A stretch of DNA of 62,710 bases, filler included, from Klebsormidium nitens (GCA_000708835.1; 4 parts of 4 records of this genome joined end to end with filler, not necessarily neighbours in it), one strand, 5' to 3'; shown: positions 1 through 12,184, counted from the first letter of the whole stretch. Numbers and translations: made by a program. The notes: generated by a model from the sequence alone, not told the origin.

Positions 1-298
1 TACATGATGTGACTAGATATGCATCAATAGCACACAGCTCTACATACGACGTGGATTATGCGGCTATTCGTATAGCTCTCTCTTGTCCACTACCTTTGAC
101 AAGACCAGCCACGCAAGCTGAGCAGAGCACAGATAAGCTTGGCTGCATCGAACGGCGAAGCCGAACACAACTTATCCTGAACGGTGACATCAGCTCACAG
201 AAGCCGATCCATCCGGGATATTACGCCGTCTTGCAGACAGCCACGCAGTGCGTCGTTAAGACGTAACCACCGCCGTTTCGCTAACCCGCAGGTCAACG

Positions 299-394
299 AA
301 ATCCTGTCGAGAACGAGGTTAGGCTTAACCAGTCGTAATCGTTACAAAATCCTGTCGAGAACGAGGTTAGGCTTAACCAGTCGTAATCGTTACA
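299..394. repeat. Perfect 48-bp tandem duplication (2 copies)
   Basis: AAATCCTGTCGAGAACGAGGTTAGGCTTAACCAGTCGTAATCGTTACA at 299-346 and 347-394. Confidence 0.95.
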
Positions 395-452
395 TTATGA
401 TTCTAAAGCAGCAAGCCATCGTGCATGACATCCTAACATACGCCTACTGACA

Positions 453-893
453 CTAGCACTTTAAAGGGTTGATCATTAAATCCAACATCGGAACTGCCGC
501 ACCACGGTCCCCATTAAAAATGTATCGAGGTTTGCCATCTGCTGTGGCATACTCTAGAAGCTTAGTATGCTTGTCAAACCTAACTTGCGGGCGTGTGGGT
601 TCCTTGAGCACATCTCCCCACTCTACAAGAAGGTGATCTGGATCGCGGCATCTGTGTGTTTTTACTCCGGCTTGCTCGAGCCCCAAGCGTACGACTTTCA
701 CCAGGTCATGCATACTATGAGGCGGTAACATTCCTTTTAACCCTGCAATTTTGCCTAGCTTAAGGGTCATGCTTGTGCATCGTTCTTCCTCATAGATGCG
801 CTTGATGCGGCCTATTGATTTGTTGAGGCACTCGCTGTAAAAAGCTTGGATCTGGTTAGATCTCTTGAGATGTGTGTTAAATATGCTTTGCAT
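453..893 (-). CDS. Small intronless hypothetical protein (about 146 aa), paralogue of 34474-35028; possibly virus-derived
   Basis: Lies within ORF 453-1115. The start is moved to the GCCATG at 893 (MQSIF) because from there it aligns without gaps to MDSIV... at 34474, sharing M1, S3, I4, K10, I30, R32, Y34, then L-x-[LI]-G-x-[IL]-AGL...PPH, and later [LF]-V-[ED]-W. Confidence 0.6.
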   Translation of the reverse strand: MQSIFNTHLKRSNQIQAFYSECLNKSIGRIKRIYEEERCTSMTLKLGKIAGLKGMLPPHSMHDLVKVVRLGLEQAGVKTHRCRDPDHLLVEWGDVLKEPTRPQVRFDKHTKLLEYATADGKPRYIFNGDRGAAVPMLDLMINPLKC

Positions 894-1177
894 GGCTAAA
901 TATACTACATTAGGCGTATGTAAAATGAGCGGCTGATGGAACGCAAAGTCAATTTCAAGGTCTACGCTATAAGGCTCGACAATCCATGTAAGCAACATGA
1001 TGGTATGAATATTTAGCATGCTATGGAATGATGAAAATGGAATGTCCAAGCACCACAATAGAGAATTCAAATTACTCATGCATTTTAACAGAGTCGAAGA
1101 TGCTTCTTTGCACAAGCTTACATTGACTTATATACACTGAGTCATTCTTATTCATTGATCGTCTCCGAGTCTTATTT

Positions 1178-1447
1178 AAGCGTCAGCTAGAAGACAGTCA
1201 GTTCGAAGGTCACCCTTTAGGTATCCTAAACCTGCAATCTCCCACTCGAAGCGCTCAAGGTACAAGAGCGTTAGCTCGAAGACAGTCAGTTCGAAGGTCA
1301 CCCTTCAGGTTTCCCAAACTTCCTGCAATCTCGTACTCGTCGGAAGCGCTCAAGGTACAAGAGCGTCAGCTAGAAGACAGTCAGTTCGAAGGTCACCCTT
1401 CAGGTTTCCTAAACCTGCAACCTCCTACTCAAAGTGCTCATGGTACA
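1178..1447. repeat. Degenerate tandem repeat, 3 units of about 85-95 bp
   Basis: Recurrent core GAAGACAGTCAGTTCGAAGGTCACCCTT...CCTGCAA...CTCAAGGTACAAGAGCG; a partial fourth unit near 1460. Confidence 0.9.
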
Positions 1448-1539
1448 CGATTTGGATCTAAGCGTCGGCGACTGAGAAGACAGTTACATCCTGTGATTGT
1501 GGCCATGGCCAGTCACAACTAGGATGTGATTACTTATGC

Positions 1540-1588
1540 TACCTACCGGTACCTACCTACCTACCTACCTACCTATGTACCTACCTAC
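1540..1588. repeat. (TACC)n microsatellite
   Basis: TACCTACCGGTACCTACCTACCTACCTACCTACCTATGTACCTACCTAC. Confidence 0.9.
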
Positions 1589-2008
1589 GTGTCCTAGTAC
1601 GCCACGTCCGAGTTCAAAGACAGAAGAAGGTCGGCCCCAACCCTAAAACCTTTTAACTAACCGCGGCGCGCAGGCGGCCGGGCGGGCGGCCTCCGGGCCC
1701 CGGCCGCGGCGGCGGCTTGAAGTTGTACCCGCGGCGGCTGAAATGGTCACCGTGACGGTTTCAAGTTTTAACAAAGATTCGCCGATCGATCGGACGGTCG
1801 AATTGCTCAGTTCGGCAACCGGTTCCTGCCTGCCTACCCCAACTCGGATCTGACAATTGGTACTGTACGTGACGAGTTTTCACAGCTAGCTGAACTTTCG
1901 ACGCCGAAAGTTTCCACCACGTATTGCATTGCACACCATGCGCACTCCCGAGCATAGGTCTCGATTTCATGTTGACTATTAGGGCATATTGACTAAGGGA
2001 AAGCACCC

Positions 2009-2095
2009 GGGGGATGGGTAGGGTTGGTATGGGAGTTAGGGTGGGTACGGGTGCGGAGCTGGGTTCCATCTATCGGTTTAGATTTTTAGTTTTGT
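2009..2095 (+). repeat. G-rich repeat with G-quadruplex motif; inverted copy at about 53610-53685
   Basis: The reverse complement of 2016-2059 (GGGTAGGGTTGGTATGGGAGTTAGGGTGGGTACGGGTGCGGAGC) matches 53642-53685 with 2 mismatches in 44 nt. At least six GGG tracts with loops of 7 nt or less. Confidence 0.85.
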
Positions 2096-5000
2096 TCGTG
2101 CCCCCGAGCACTATCCTTTAATAGTCAACATGCGCTTAGTCAACATGACATCGAGAAGTATCGCCCGAGCCCCTGACAATAGGTAGGTGCGGTGGACATT
2201 GGTTCTCTCCACCCTTGTCGAGGATCTCTCGATCCCACACGCACTAGGCTCACGTCACCGAAGCCTGCGCCGACGTCAACAGAGCCGACGTCCCGGTTAC
2301 CGAGCGAACAACTTCGTACTACCGGTACTAGGTAGGTACAGAGTCCAAGAGTCAAGATTATAAGAGCACCATTACATCGGACCGGTTTGGTTGGGAACAC
2401 GTCATCAAGCCAACGGCGCCGGTTGGGCCTTCCAAAGCCTGGGCTGGCCCGGTCTGGAGCAGTGCCGACCCCCCTCTTGCGAATATTTATCTACGGGAGA
2501 ACAGTGACGTCGTCTGAGTCTTGCAGTGCAAGTATTCCGGTCTGCACTGCCGGACCACATCAGACCACAACAAGCTCCGGGAATCGAGGAACCGGAAACA
2601 GCGTTGACCAAAGTTGAAAGGACCTACCCGACTCCCGAGTGCCGACGACTCCCGACTCCCGAGGTCCTTTGGTCAACGCTGTTCTCGGTTCCTCGATTGT
2701 GGGAGATTGTGCAAACTTTCGGGGGACAATGACCCCCGATCGGACCGCGAATCGCGAGGGACCGCAACTTTGCCATGTAAAGGCCGGTTCCGTTGGACAA
2801 CGTCAGCATTTCCAACCGAACCGGCCCAATAAAAATGGAGCTCGTACCCATAGTAATACCTACCTGCTAGCAGTGCTAGGTACCGTGGTACGGTAGGTAT
2901 GCGACCGTATTGCCACATCGGATTTGGGAACGTTACCGACTCACGATGGACCTCCGGGTGGATCTCGATTCTGGGGACCAAGCATTGGTCCAGTTCAGTG
3001 TACCGGTCGATGGGATGGAAGCAGAGCAAGGCATGTGCAAAAGCCAACCATACGCCCAGGGTATGATCCCGAGCGATTGGCATCTCCCATGTCCAAGCCC
3101 ATCCCCGGGTGGTGTCCGTGGTAGACTTCAAACCTACACCAGGCGTACCGAGAGCATCATGCATTTGGCATTTGCTACTACCGTACCTGGTAAACAGAAG
3201 ATTCGAAGCGCCGAGAAACAGACCGCGCGAAGCTTTCGCCCGTGCAGAGTTGGCATGACGCTGGCATGGAATTTTTGGAAGCGTCTGCGTGGGAACTTCC
3301 ACTGGAAGAGGTGAAATGCATTTGTCCTGGTGGGCAGTTTCAGAGTTGGCAAACTTCGTGCCAGGCATGCGACAGGAGGCTTCGAAATTGTGCGAACCCA
3401 CTTGGACCAGGCAATTGCCTGGCAAACTCTGGTTTCAGAAGGACTGCAAAGCTGCCCAACTATGGACCGTTGCATTGAGCCGGGGAGGCTCCATAAAAAG
3501 CAAAGGGTCCAATCCGCCTGCGTTTGTTGTTAGCGCCTTAGAGCGTGGACTGGGTTGAGTAGCAGGGCTGGAGCCTGGGGGAATATTCAGGCATTTGCGA
3601 GGCATCTATTATGTGACCCGCAACTTTCCTTTACTGTGAGTTACGAACGTCCATTTTCCACAACCTTTGTTTGAGGGCTTGATTTTGACCTATTTGACTC
3701 GGGCTGAATGTTGTTGGTACCTCCGCAAGTTGGTGTTGCTGGGTAAGAGAGCATCCTTTACCATGCTTCATCAAGCGTTTTACAGGGCAGTCTTTCTATT
3801 TGAGTGGCTGTTTGAGAAATCTGTTTCTGGGTTGGTTGTTGCTGGTTCATCTTAACATATAAGATGGTTTAGTTGACCGGCAGCAACGGAAGCTCCCATT
3901 CTTGTCTCTTTCACGGTCGACTCCCTGCTTCTTGCCCCAGGAAGAGGAGGCTCCATACCCAGTGGACAATACTTGGTCAATGTTTAACCAACCGCGGTTC
4001 CAGCAATGCACATTCACAGGCTTCTGAATTTAAGCACTCCTCATTTACAACCAAGATGACACTGAGAGCTAGTTCAGATTACTGCTCCATGAAAATGCGC
4101 CTTCAATGGTCCGTTGGGGTGCCCACTTGCGGATTAGGAACAATATTCAGCTGGCAGAGGATTTGCTGGGCGTTGCAAGCCTTCTTTTGGCGCTTTTAGA
4201 CATAAAATGGCATGCTATTCTGATGAACCGGAATATTGCAGATAGCGGTAGTTGCGCTCGAACGTTTGGCTTTGGGGCGTGCGGTGGGTGGTGGTCAAGC
4301 TTACAGCTGATTGCCTCCCGCTATTGTCCTTCTGGAAGCTTCAGAGGGAATCGAGGCCCTGCTTGTGTGGAACCACCGCCGACGTCTTTCTGGGAGCTTC
4401 AGAAAGTATCGAGGTCCTGCTTGTTTTGAGCAAAAGTGCCCCGGTGCGGGTTGCTAGCAAGTGCGGGGCTAGGCTTGAAGCTCCTCCACCTGACCGCCTC
4501 CAGATGACAGCTCCCTTTGCCAGTAGGCTCAATGAGGCTGCCAAATAGTAGGAAGAGCGAGACCTTGCTGTGAGATTCTGCAAGAAAGAAGGGCATTGCA
4601 AGGGCATGGTTTGACGGAAGGTTATGCTTGCACAGCTTTCCAGACCGCTGCATTTCAGCTGCTTGGAAACAAGGGGCTCGCTTGTACTTCCGACCCTCAC
4701 CCTTTATCTTCCTCCCCCGCCTGCTGATGATGCTCTCTCTGATGCAGGGAACGCGTTCCTCTGGTAGCCCAGGGGGAGCATAGAGGGTTGGCAAGCTCAA
4801 GCAGTGTAGCTGCCTGCTCGCGAGATTCATCTTGTGGTGAGTTCGCAACATGAGGCGCTGGACGAAATAAACAATCCGAAATTCTTATCCGTGCACGTCG
4901 AAGATTTCCTCTGGCTGGTCCTCCTGTGGTTAGGCCCTCACTAAGACGTGATGGGACCCGCTTTGTGATGAAGTAGACGTTGAATGCGCGCTCTACCAGA

Positions 5001-5358
5001 ATGCATCTTGCTTGGCTACCACTTTTACCTTCAGCCTTGCTCGGGTCCTCATACTTATCTTTTGATGTCAGGCCTGCTTTTGCCAGCACTGTTCACTGAG
5101 TAAGGGTTTTTCTTTCAAAGCATTTGGCTGCATCGACTTCTTGATGAAGTTCACATTGATTTCCTTCAGCTTGCCCCTGGTGAGCTGTACTTTTGCGTAC
5201 CATCACGAATTTTCCTCTTCTTCTGGCCGGTTTCTTTCTGTCGTGTCATCCGTTCAATAGCTTTTTGATCAGCCCCTTGTTCTACCAGAGGGTCTCTAGT
5301 CGTCTCTGTTCAACACACTTTCCGCTTTCTGCAGATTGCCGGCCAGCCCCGCACTCTT

Positions 5359-8300
5359 ATGATGGCAGGGTCGTCGTGCTTCACCAGCCTCCTGTGTCCC
5401 TCGCGCCTCTTCCTGCTCTTGCTGCTGGTTGAGTCGTTTTACATCGCCCTCGAGACAGCGCTTGGGCCTGGCTGGGGCGCCTGGCCGAGCTTTGGGAACC
5501 TTGAAGGGTGCCGCCAGGATGGGGAGGGCAGCTGGAGCATTGGAATCTATAAGGGTCCCCACCCGTGGGCGCTCGTGCCCCTGGAAAATGTGAGCTGCAT
5601 TGCTCTCCGGCTTGAATGAACACTTTCCTAAATCAATTACTTCTGTAAATGAAATACTTGGTGAGAGGTGGACGTTTATCCGAAGCTCATGTTGAGTGGA
5701 GAAGTTGTCAAGTCTATTCCAAGTGGTTCATTCTCTTTCAAATGAAGAGTAAAAGGAGATTCGAAGGAGGCTCAACCCGTGCCAGAGCTGTAAGAGGTAA
5801 GGCGACTCTCATTAGGAGGAACGTTTCCTGCAAGATTGTTGGTTCATGGTAGGAGGCTACTGGCCATTGTTCGGTTCAGGTCAGCGTGACCCAATCTTTG
5901 AGACCGCCCAGTCATTATCACGTCATGGTCAGCTTACCAACAAGGAGAAGTTAGTGAAAGGGAACCTTGGACCTCATACCGGAAAGAAGGTGGCATGCCC
6001 TTTTTTTGTCAGTGCGTCCGTTGTTTGCCACCCAATCATTCAACTCTACACTCGAGCAGCTGTCTTTATCTGAGTCGGCCCTTTCTTTCCGCAGGGTTTT
6101 CTATATCTCAACCCTTGTTGCCTGCAATGTATTGGTGATCATTTGCCCTCCTGTTCGAGTGAGTTTAAATCCAGCCACTGAATCCCAGAATCCATCTCAT
6201 TGTGCTGGTAGAGTAACGAACTAAGTCAGCCGTCCGGCCGTCAAGGCTGAAGCCAGAATACATGCTCTACACTTAAGTAGACCCGCACTTGGTTCCAGAG
6301 CGTTTACTAGTGGGGGCTAACCGGCTCCTCACTACCTTTTCCTTGACAGGTGGTCCCGCGTATCGACACGGCCGCTGCGTGGCCCGTGGCTAATCCGGTG
6401 CTGACGTGCGCGTCGGTGTCGGACGCTCCCAGCAACTTCGTGGCGGACCCGTTCCTGTTCCAGGGCAGCAACGGCGTGCTCTACCTGTTCTACGAGACCA
6501 AGAACAGCGACACGCAGCAGGGCGACATCGGGGTGGCCGAGAGCCGCGACGGGGGTGCATCGTGGCAGCACCTGGCGGTCGTGCTCGACGAGCCGTGGCA
6601 CCTCTCGTATCCCTTCGTCTTCGAGCATGAGGGCGAGGTCAGTGAACGGGCTCTGAGAGTGTAATTCTTGAAATAATATGTCGGCTTGACTTCTCCTGTT
6701 TTTGTTTCTTGCTTCGGAGAGTCCTTGCTTGGTCGTGAGGTTTCTGGCATCTCGACGTCTTATTTCTGAGTCGGATTCGGTTTGAGGAGTGGGCGCTTTT
6801 GAGACATCTTATGGTAATGACTCGCAACGTCAGGGTCGAATGTACATGGACGGACTTTGTCGTTGTCCTTGCTCGAGTTTCAAGGGATTCAGGCCTCAAG
6901 TACTTGTGCTGACAAGTCCAGATCATGTTGTGCAACAGATAACTTTTCTCTTGGAGCACCGATATTGCCGCAGACCGATGAGTACTTCCCTACTTGCGAA
7001 CCTCAGCACTGCGCTTGCTTAAAGGCCCTTTTTCTGCCCCTCCCTGCAGATCTACATGATGCCCGAGGGCAGCTCCCACGGCGACCTCCGCCTGTACAGG
7101 GCCCTTTCTTTCCCGACCCGCTGGGCCTTTGATCGCGTCGTGCTCAAGCGGCCCATGGTCGACGCATCCCTCCTGTCCCACAATGGCTCCTGGTACCTCT
7201 TCTCCGCTGACAAGACCCGCCCCGGCGTCGCGCGCAACGCGTTCCTCGAGATCTGGCACTCGTCCTCCCCGCTCGGCCCCTGGGAGCCCCACCGTCAAAA
7301 CCCGTTCCTGTACGAGGACCGCAGCATGGGCGCGCGCATGGCGGGCCGCCCTTTCTCAGACGGGGTGAACCTGTACCGCTTCGGGCAAGACTGCGGGATC
7401 ACATACGGCGGCGCGGTGCGCGCGTTCCGGATCGATGCCCTCAGCCCGGACGAGTTTGCGGAGACGGAGGTGTCGTGGTTCGGCCCGCCGCAGAAGGGCG
7501 GCAAGCTGTGGAACGGCGTGCGGCACCACCACGTAGACGTGCAGCGGCTGCCGTCGGGCGACTGGATCGCGGCCGTGGACGGGGACCACGTGCCGTCGGG
7601 CGCCAAGTCGCGCGTGTTCCTGCGCGGCCTGCTGTGCGCCATCGGCTTCTGCGTGCTCAACACGCTCCTGCTCGCGGCCTGCAAGGCAGTCCCGCTGCAC
7701 CGCTCCGCCAAGACGCTCCTGCGCCGCATGTGGGGCCTGCACCGCGCGCTTCCGGGGCACTTCCCGTCCGGGCACTACAGCCCCAACGGGAGCTACCACA
7801 ACGTAGCCGCCTTCAAGGGCGGCCTGGTCCGGTCCAATTCCGGTGGGATCACCCACCGGCTTGTCTCCTCCCCCCTGCTGTGCTGGCCCTTCCCAAGCCT
7901 GCAAACCCTGCGGCCGCCCCTGCTGCCCAAGGGGAAAGGCGCGAGCGGAGCGCAGTGGCGGCGGTATACGGCGTACCTGTGCCTGGGGGCGGTGTTGGTG
8001 TGCTCGGGGCTGCTGGTGCTGGGGGTGGGGGAGCTGTTCTACTCGCTGCTGGGCAACAGCAGCAGCAACATGCCGTACCCGGTGCACGGCCAGTTCTCCA
8101 AGTTCTCCCTCCTCTGCATGAGCTACGACGCGCGGATAGCCAACCTTAAGCTGTTTGTGCGGCACTACTCGCGCTGCTCCTCAGTGGGCGAGATTGTCAT
8201 CATCTGGAACCACGGGTTAGTGCCTAACCTCACCGAGTTTGACTCGGCAGCGCCGCTGCGGATCCGGGCCGAGGAAGTCAACTCGCTCAACAACCGGTTC

Positions 8301-8993
8301 AGGCCCGACCCACTCATCCGTAATCGCGGGGTAATGGAGTTAGACGACGACGTCTGGATGTCGTGCGGAGACCTCGAGCGGGGCTTTGCGCATTGGCGCA
8401 GACACCCCGAGCGGATTGTGGGCTACTACCCACGCTTGGCCGACGGGAAGCCGCTGACCTACCGGGGGGAGCAATACGCGTTTGAGCGGGGGCGATATAA
8501 CGTGGTGCTGACCGGCGCGGCGTTTCTCGACAGCGAGACCGCGTTCCCGCTCTACTTCAGCGAGGATTATCGGCGGGTGCGCGAGATCGTGGACGACCTG
8601 TTCAACTGCGAAGACCTCGCGCTCAACTACGTGCTCGGGATGAGGGCGAGGGAGCACACGACCATCGAGTACGTGCGGCCGAACCTGCGGGTGGACTTGT
8701 CGAAAGTGTCGAGCGTCGGCATCAGCCGGAACTCGGAGGAGCATGCGCGGCGGCGGTCGCAGTGTTTGCAGCGACTGGCGCAGCACTTCGGGCGGGAGGC
8801 GCCGCTGGAGAGCCGGCGACTAAGGGCGCCTCGGCCGAACTACTTCCCGGCGTTGTCCCCCTGGCGAGAGTCGGCCTGGGGGTGGAAGTCGGAAGGGCAC
8901 TTCGAAGGACGGAAACATGGGCACAGGGGCCACGGAGAGCACAGGTGGCACGGGGAGCACGGGTGGCATGGGGCCCGGGGCGGAAATGTATAG
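5359..8993 (+). CDS. GINT1: Glucosamine inositolphosphorylceramide transferase 1-like (beta-propeller-like N-terminus plus GT64/EXTL C-terminus), about 820 aa, 3 exons
   Basis: Exons 5359-5589, 6350-6637 and 7050-8993, all GT-AG phase 0. Motifs EGSWSIG, WPVANPVLTCAS, SNFVADPFL, WHLSYPFVF|IYMMPE, GQDCG..YG, WNGVRHHHVDV and GDHVPSG, then a TM segment, then GT64 motifs (NSLNNRF, ELDDD, FNCED) match the plant GINT1 family as I recall it. Confidence 0.92.
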
Positions 8994-9657
8994 CAGCTGA
9001 GAAACGTTGTAAACAGGCATAAGCCTGGATCAATTGAGTCTTAGAAATATACAATCGAGTCGATTGACCTGCGAAATGGAGATATTAGAGAACACTAGGT
9101 AAGCCCAAGACAAATATTGACTCAATGTGTGTCAGGAGACGTTTTCAGTCATACTGCCGGCCAAAACGGGCCCTTGAAGTGCCACATTACGTAGTATATA
9201 GCTCATTAAGCTAGAGAGAGCGTTCGAAATGAGACGCAAACCTGTTTTCGCAACTGAAACTTAGTTGCCTTCAATCGAGACGCTTCTGAGAAGTCCTTGG
9301 TCAAAGGGCCGCTGTGAAAGTTCTGAAAGTGAATCCACTTACCGTTGATGATGGCAACGTACTCGTACCTCCTGGAGTCCGGCCTGATGCTCGCCAGCTA
9401 GCTTAAGCTGCATCAATGTACCGCGTATCTTTATACTCCATATCTGTATTGCATACGTAGCTACATCAACATGCAGCAATCCGCCAATAAGTTCCATGTG
9501 GTTTGTAGGTACGCTCATAGTAGCGTGACGTACTGAGACCGTATACAGGCTCGACATGTATCTCATTATAGCTTGTCTAGACGGTATAACATTTTTATTA
9601 ATGATTGCATGACTCATGATAAGTACGTTGACTTTAGACGCGCTAGCTCTCGATCTT

Positions 9658-9675
9658 GCGGCGGGCGCCCGCCGC
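9658..9675. other. Perfect 18-bp GC-only palindrome
   Basis: GCGGCGGGCGCCCGCCGC equals its own reverse complement and sits in an AT-richer context. Confidence 0.9.
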
Positions 9676-10457
9676 GGCCTCAATATTTCAAATTTGAAGC
9701 AAGTGCAAGCTGCAGAAGGCCTGAAGAATGCATATGCAAGCTGGCCCGTTGGCACTCAGTAGCTTAGGCTATAGCTGCAGTGTTACTATAGAAAACTGCT
9801 CATGTGTACGTTTGGCAGCTGATCATTTGATTGCACATGGCGAGCTGCGCCTCGAACGATTGCATGCAATTTTGAATAACAATCGTGTGTCACGGAACAC
9901 AGCGTCGGCGTCTGATTGACGTCGGTCATGTGCCGTGAAGAGACATGTGGATCGGCTAAGCGTTTAAAATACATGGTACGGGCAATTCGTAGTATGCTAG
10001 GTTATAACTGAGTTGCATGTATGGAATTCATAGTCATTCATTATCGGGGTCGGGCCCCTTCCCTTGGTTAAGGATTGATTGAAAGGACACGATGGATCCT
10101 AAGCTGACGCTCAGAAAAGTATGGTTGGTATATGGCACGTTCTAAACAAGTTGCATTGGAGGTGGCTTGTGCTAACATTCAAGGCAATCCCCACAGCATC
10201 CACATTGTCCGTCCGAGAGGTTCACTACCCAGTTTGGCGGTGGCTCGCACTTTGGGACTTTGGATGTCCAAAGGGAAATGGCACAGGACATTGAAGTACA
10301 GGCAAATGACACTTACTGATTGAATGATGGCATCGCCGGAGGCGTGGGACATGGTGGNNNNNNNNNNNNNNNNNNNNNNNNNNNNNNNNNNNNNNNNNNN
10401 NTTAATTAATTAANNNNNNNNNNNNNNNNNNNNNNNNNNNNNNNNNNNNNNNNNNNN

Positions 10458-11777
10458 GCAGAGCTTCAGGCCGCGACAGGGAGCGCTCGATCCAAACGTG
10501 CCGATGAAACGGCCATCCGGAGAGCTTTCAAGGCGTCAGAGAGGAATGCGATGCAACTTGCGAAATGGCCTGGCCCTGATATCGAGTCAGTTCCAATCGC
10601 CACTCGGTGTTTGAGCCCGTTGAAAGGTCTGCTAAAGATCGACGGATTTGCGAGCGAGCTCAATGCAGCTCGAGACTACTTAAACACCACCTCGGGTGCA
10701 ATTCATCTACCGTCAGGCAAGCTGATCCCTCACCATCCAAGCAACATGCTTTCGAGAGCAACTGACACCGAGTATGTGGGGGCCGATTATCCGTCTCCAT
10801 TGATCGACAATTTCATGCTGCAAATCCAAATCCCAGAGATCATCCCCTTCTTGCAGATGACGCTGGGCTATGGGATCACCGGGCATTCGAATGAGAAGCA
10901 GTTCGTTATCTGCTACGGACCGTCGAATTCGGGCAAAACGAAGCTTCTCGCTCTTGTTAAAGCAGCGATTCGACTGTACTACTGCACGATGGATAGAGAT
11001 TGCGTCATTGGGGCCGGCGTGAGGTCCGAGGGCGCCGCTACACCGCATCTTTTAGCGCTTGAGGGGGCACACATTGCCGGCATGGAGGAGACAAAGCCGG
11101 ATGATGTATACAATGGAAACAATGTGAAGTCCATCTCTTCGGGCGGAGGAGGCATGAGTGTCCGAGGGCTGCACAAGGCCACCGTCGAGATTAAGTGTCG
11201 ATGTCTCCCAATCATCTGCACGAACTCCCTACCAAAGTTCGATGTGAAGGACTCCGGCACCTTAAAGAAGCTCCGCGTCTTTCCGTTCAAGCGAGAGTTT
11301 GTCGAGAATCCCCGACCTAATACGAACGAGCGTTTGAAGGACCTTCAATTGGATGACAAGATCGAAAGTATGGAATGGAGGAAGCAGATGCTGGCTTGGC
11401 TCGTGCGAGGCAGCATGGCATGGTATGCGAGAGGGAGTCTCCCGCAGGTGGAAGAGCTACCACGTGACATGCAGACTGCTCTTGAAGGATACGTAGAGGC
11501 CAATGATCATCTCAACAACTTCATTGCTGATCACTGCGTTAAGGGTGACAAACGGGGAATCCATGTTGACATACTCAAGCAAGCGTTTGAGAATTACATA
11601 GGAAGACGGGATCGTCCTATGACCGTCACCGAGTTCAAAGTGCTGATGCAAGGTGTGCCTGGTGTCACCTTTGCAAAACAGCTGAAGATATCTAAACGCA
11701 ATACAACCGGCTTCAAGGGAATCAGCTTGCGGCAATGCTATTCGATCAAAGATCGTTCTTGGCCAGCAGCCGCTTGA
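10458..11777 (+). CDS. Intronless D5-like superfamily-3 helicase (virus/Polinton-like primase-helicase C-terminal part); 5' end lost in the gap
   Basis: The frame is open from the gap edge at 10458 (ORF track starts 10551). D5_N-like IHLPSGKLIPHHPSNMLS, LGYGITG, Walker A GPSNSGKT, Walker B AGMEET, motif C IICTNSLP and LRVFPF. Confidence 0.88.
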   Translation, partial: AELQAATGSARSKRADETAIRRAFKASERNAMQLAKWPGPDIESVPIATRCLSPLKGLLKIDGFASELNAARDYLNTTSGAIHLPSGKLIPHHPSNMLSRATDTEYVGADYPSPLIDNFMLQIQIPEIIPFLQMTLGYGITGHSNEKQFVICYGPSNSGKTKLLALVKAAIRLYYCTMDRDCVIGAGVRSEGAATPHLLALEGAHIAGMEETKPDDVYNGNNVKSISSGGGGMSVRGLHKATVEIKCRCLPIICTNSLPKFDVKDSGTLKKLRVFPFKREFVENPRPNTNERLKDLQLDDKIESMEWRKQMLAWLVRGSMAWYARGSLPQVEELPRDMQTALEGYVEANDHLNNFIADHCVKGDKRGIHVDILKQAFENYIGRRDRPMTVTEFKVLMQGVPGVTFAKQLKISKRNTTGFKGISLRQCYSIKDRSWPAAA

Positions 11778-12184
11778 TCCCAGTGAGCCGGAGGCAGCAG
11801 CCGTTCCTACATTTGCAAGCGAATGGTGAAGGTTGGTGGTAGGTATGGTAGGCAACGAGTAGGCGCCTCAAAACTGCTGACTTTAGGAATGCTTCATGGT
11901 TCTACTATAGTAGAGGTAGTTAAGTAGTTATGATTATGGAGATATATAGTGAATTCATTCTTGCATGTTTGAAGAGCATAAAACACTCTTCATGGAGAGG
12001 GAAAAGTCCACCTACTACCTACTTGACTACCTTGAAAGCATCCCCTATCCATCTCGCAACCCTTACCTTCCCTCCGTTGCTTTTCAATCAGAGCCCTACC
12101 TATGCCACCTACCTCCTACAGCTTTGTCTATTCAAGGGCCGAAAGCGCGTCAGCTCTTTCGATTCTTCATTTGAGATATCTACC

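Noticed and set aside
1178-1447. Repeat array as a possible CRISPR (also the 25388-25780 array)
   Set aside because: Units are long and degenerate with no unique spacers between identical repeats; eukaryotic context and no cas genes.
1636-1652. CCCTAAAA telomere-like unit (also about 60117)
   Set aside because: Single units only; no array.
2900-5160. Several 100-150 aa ORFs between the G-rich repeat and GINT1
   Set aside because: No recognisable domain and no consistent exon chain could be built; left unannotated.
5296-5562. Minus-strand ORF MGTLIDSNAPAALPIL...
   Set aside because: Antisense shadow of GINT1 exon 1, which carries the conserved EGSWSIG motif on the plus strand.
7129-9054. 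Many long overlapping ORFs on both strands across GINT1 exon 3 (and likewise across the KDZ and primase exons)
   Set aside because: Expected by-products of high-GC coding sequence; no recognisable motifs.
10132-10323. Short ORF before the gap as the 5' part of the D5 gene
   Set aside because: It ends in a stop before the gap and has no convincing primase motif; it cannot be linked across the Ns.
10402-10413. TTAATTAATTAA palindrome embedded in N runs (also 35143-35154 and 44852-44863)
   Set aside because: Identical 12-mer centred in three gaps with stops in all six frames; an assembly linker, not biology.
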